The notes under the pieces were generated by a model that saw only the letters and a program-made list of their open reading frames with translations, did no database searches and was not told where the DNA came from. From the NCBI GenBank assembly GCA_963710605.1, contig CAVQBA010000006.1, positions 224,001 through 288,000 of the forward strand: a stretch of 64,000 nucleotides of DNA. The letters are read 5' to 3'. Numbering within the stretch: the stretch's first letter is position 1; every line of letters begins with the position of its first letter. This DNA comes from an uncultured cyanobacterium. Lineage in GTDB: Bacteria; Cyanobacteriota; Cyanobacteriia; Cyanobacteriales; Cyanobacteriaceae. Of this stretch, positions 62,016-64,000 are shown in pieces. The position numbers and the translations under genes are program-made.

Positions 62016-63224
62016 TTAACTTGTTGTTGTCTTGATAAACAACTCTTTTAATTTTCGAGCTTCTGTATTAATGTTATGTTGTTCAATCACTTTTTCTTTT
62101 CCTAAGATACCCATTTGTTTCAGTTTTTCAATCGAGGTGTCTAGTGCAAGTTCAATCGAATCAGCTAAACTATCAATATCTCCTGCAGATATTAACCAAC
62201 CAGATTCTTCATTAACGACTAATTCAGGAATACCTGCAACATAAGTACTAATAACTGGTCTAGCTAAAGCTAAAGATTCCATAATCACAACGGGTAAACC
62301 TTCAGCAAAACTAGGCATTACCATTAATTTCGCTTCTTTAATTTTCTCTTTCACTTCATCACTAGTTGCCCAACCTGTAATATTAACTTCGGATTCTAAA
62401 TTCAGTGTTTTGGCTAAGTTTTCGATCGCACCTCTTAATTCTCCATCTCCTACTAAAGTCAGTTGAAAATCTATACCTTTTTCTTTTAATCTACCCAATG
62501 CTTGCAATAAAAGTAATTGTCCTTTCTGAGGGCATAATCTACCTACTTGGATTAATTTATTTGCTCGAGGAAGTTGGCTTATTTCAGCTTTAATAAATTT
62601 TTCATCTAAACCACAACGAATAATATTTATTTTCTGCCAATCTTGATAGTCACACCAACGGTATGCCTGACTTTTTCCATACGAACTAATTACTGCTACA
62701 AATTTAGCCCTTTTAATTTTTTCAGGTAATGCGATCGCTTTTGGCTTATCAAACTCTTCTGGGCCATGAATAGTAAAGCTATAACTGGTTTCACCTAACA
62801 TACTACAAAGCATAGCAACTGCTGTTGAATTAGTCCCAAAGTGAGCGTGTATATGCTTTATCTGAGCTTTTGATAATAAAAATGATAAAACACAAGCTTC
62901 AGCTAAATAAGCAAAATGGAGTATCAATCCTCGTTCTGAACCATAACCTATTTTACAAGTTAATTGTAATGCACGAATAAACGAAACAGGCTTAAGTAAT
63001 ATTGTTTTGAATATATTAAATAACAAACCAATGATACCAACATCAAGTAGATAAGTAGTTTGTTTTAGTTCTTTTAAATCTTCCTCATCAACTAATTGCG
63101 TGGCACAAGAGCGAACCGAATATCTAGTAATTTCCATTCCTTTAGCTTCTAATGCCAATATTTCTCGGCGAATAAAGCTATGGCTTACTTTCGGATATTG
63201 ATTAACAAGATAAGCTATTTTCAT
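62016..63224 (-). CDS. GT4 glycosyltransferase (WcaL-like)
   Basis: YPKVSHSFIRREI, HIHAHFG, VGRLCPQKG, PSFAEGLPVVIMES. Confidence 0.92.
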   Translation of the reverse strand: MKIAYLVNQYPKVSHSFIRREILALEAKGMEITRYSVRSCATQLVDEEDLKELKQTTYLLDVGIIGLLFNIFKTILLKPVSFIRALQLTCKIGYGSERGLILHFAYLAEACVLSFLLSKAQIKHIHAHFGTNSTAVAMLCSMLGETSYSFTIHGPEEFDKPKAIALPEKIKRAKFVAVISSYGKSQAYRWCDYQDWQKINIIRCGLDEKFIKAEISQLPRANKLIQVGRLCPQKGQLLLLQALGRLKEKGIDFQLTLVGDGELRGAIENLAKTLNLESEVNITGWATSDEVKEKIKEAKLMVMPSFAEGLPVVIMESLALARPVISTYVAGIPELVVNEESGWLISAGDIDSLADSIELALDTSIEKLKQMGILGKEKVIEQHNINTEARKLKELFIKTTTS

Positions 63225-63379
63225 TGATAATGAATAATGAATAATTAATAATGAATAATTAACAGGGAATAGGGAATAGGGAATAAAAAGAATTGTTCTG
63301 TAAGTTCGTTCAGTGCGAGAATGGAAAATGATTAATGTACGAGTGCCTTTTAACTGTTAACTATTTACTGTTAAGGCTA

Positions 63380-64000
63380 TTAACCATGAAACACCAAACT
63401 CAGACATAATAATATTCCGCTAACAAAATGCCAATTAACAGCAATAAATTTACTATTTTTAACTTTGTTAGGTCGATCGTGATTTTCTCTCACTAGTTTG
63501 CTTAATTGTAAAGCAATCGGTAAACTTAAAAGAACGAGCAAACTTGTTAAGGGTAAAATACCTAACCAAATAAAAATTAAGGAAAAAGTATAGAATTTAA
63601 CTAAATTAATCGTCAAGATATTCGAGCCGTTTTTTGTCCCAAAACGAACTATAGGTGATTTTTTACCTGCGGCTAAGTCGTCTTTGACTTGATGAAAATG
63701 TGAACACAAAAGAATAACTGAAGTGGAAAGACCGATTAAAATTGATACCCAAAGACTATTAATTGAAAAACTTTGACTTTGGCTATAATATACTGCTTCG
63801 ATCGCCATCGGACCAAAAGTAAAGAAACAAATAATTTCTCCTAAACCTAAATAACCCAAACGAAAAGGAGGACCTTGGTAAGTATAGCCTAAAAAACAAC
63901 AACCAATAATAATTGTCAAAACAGTCAAGTCTTGTTGCCAATAATTAATTAAGCCAATACCAACTAATCCTAAAACTAACATCACATTCGCTATCCAAAA
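63380..64000 (-). CDS. menA: 1,4-dihydroxy-2-naphthoate phytyltransferase (5' end outside window)
   Basis: GYTYQGPPFRLGYLGLGE, SHFHQVKDDLAAGKKSPIVR. Confidence 0.9.
   Translation of the reverse strand, partial: FWIANVMLVLGLVGIGLINYWQQDLTVLTIIIGCCFLGYTYQGPPFRLGYLGLGEIICFFTFGPMAIEAVYYSQSQSFSINSLWVSILIGLSTSVILLCSHFHQVKDDLAAGKKSPIVRFGTKNGSNILTINLVKFYTFSLIFIWLGILPLTSLLVLLSLPIALQLSKLVRENHDRPNKVKNSKFIAVNWHFVSGILLCLSLVFHG

Noticed and set aside
659-62593. Short overlapping ORFs in the track (e.g. 659-910, 2575-2784, 3647-3886, 5652-5864, 7522-7761, 9445-9633, 14852-15103, 16528-16821, 26707-26934, 34867-35073, 35808-36119, 58616-59161, 62032-62593)
   Set aside because: Shadow frames covering only small parts of well-supported genes, with no motifs. 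Unlike the pentapeptide antisense frames, they do not span the gene or join a conserved repeated peptide.

Overview
AT-rich cyanobacterial chromosome segment (psbEFLJ-ycf48-rubA cluster, dense CGATCG/HIP1 sites, heptamer STRR repeats; most like unicellular Cyanobacterium/Geminocystis-type genomes, which is an inference). Mostly housekeeping and metabolic genes (sds, accC, argC, bvdR, rseP, sugar ABC transporter, rdgB, nnr, rpmF, mobA, menA, tRNA-Cys) with several accessory patches. Best leads: (1) 34.3-36.25 kb, a three-unit cassette array bounded by CGATCG sites. Its pentapeptide-repeat genes lie codon-aligned antisense to decayed fragments of another protein-coding frame and almost never use the antisense-stop codons TTA/CTA/TCA, a dual-coding signature. 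(2) A DIP1984-family gene followed 15 nt later by a ~180-nt multi-hairpin element closed by a perfect 14-bp stem and carrying a tRNA T-loop motif (candidate protein+ncRNA system). (3) A single-chain adenylation-carrier-carrier-membrane acyltransferase gene next to a SyrP-like dioxygenase and a GT4. (4) A fluc-fluc-(pseudo-cyclase+globin)-(MscS+cNMP-binding) operon. Four single-base frameshifts in homopolymer runs may be sequencing errors. All family assignments are from motif recognition by eye; no searches were run.
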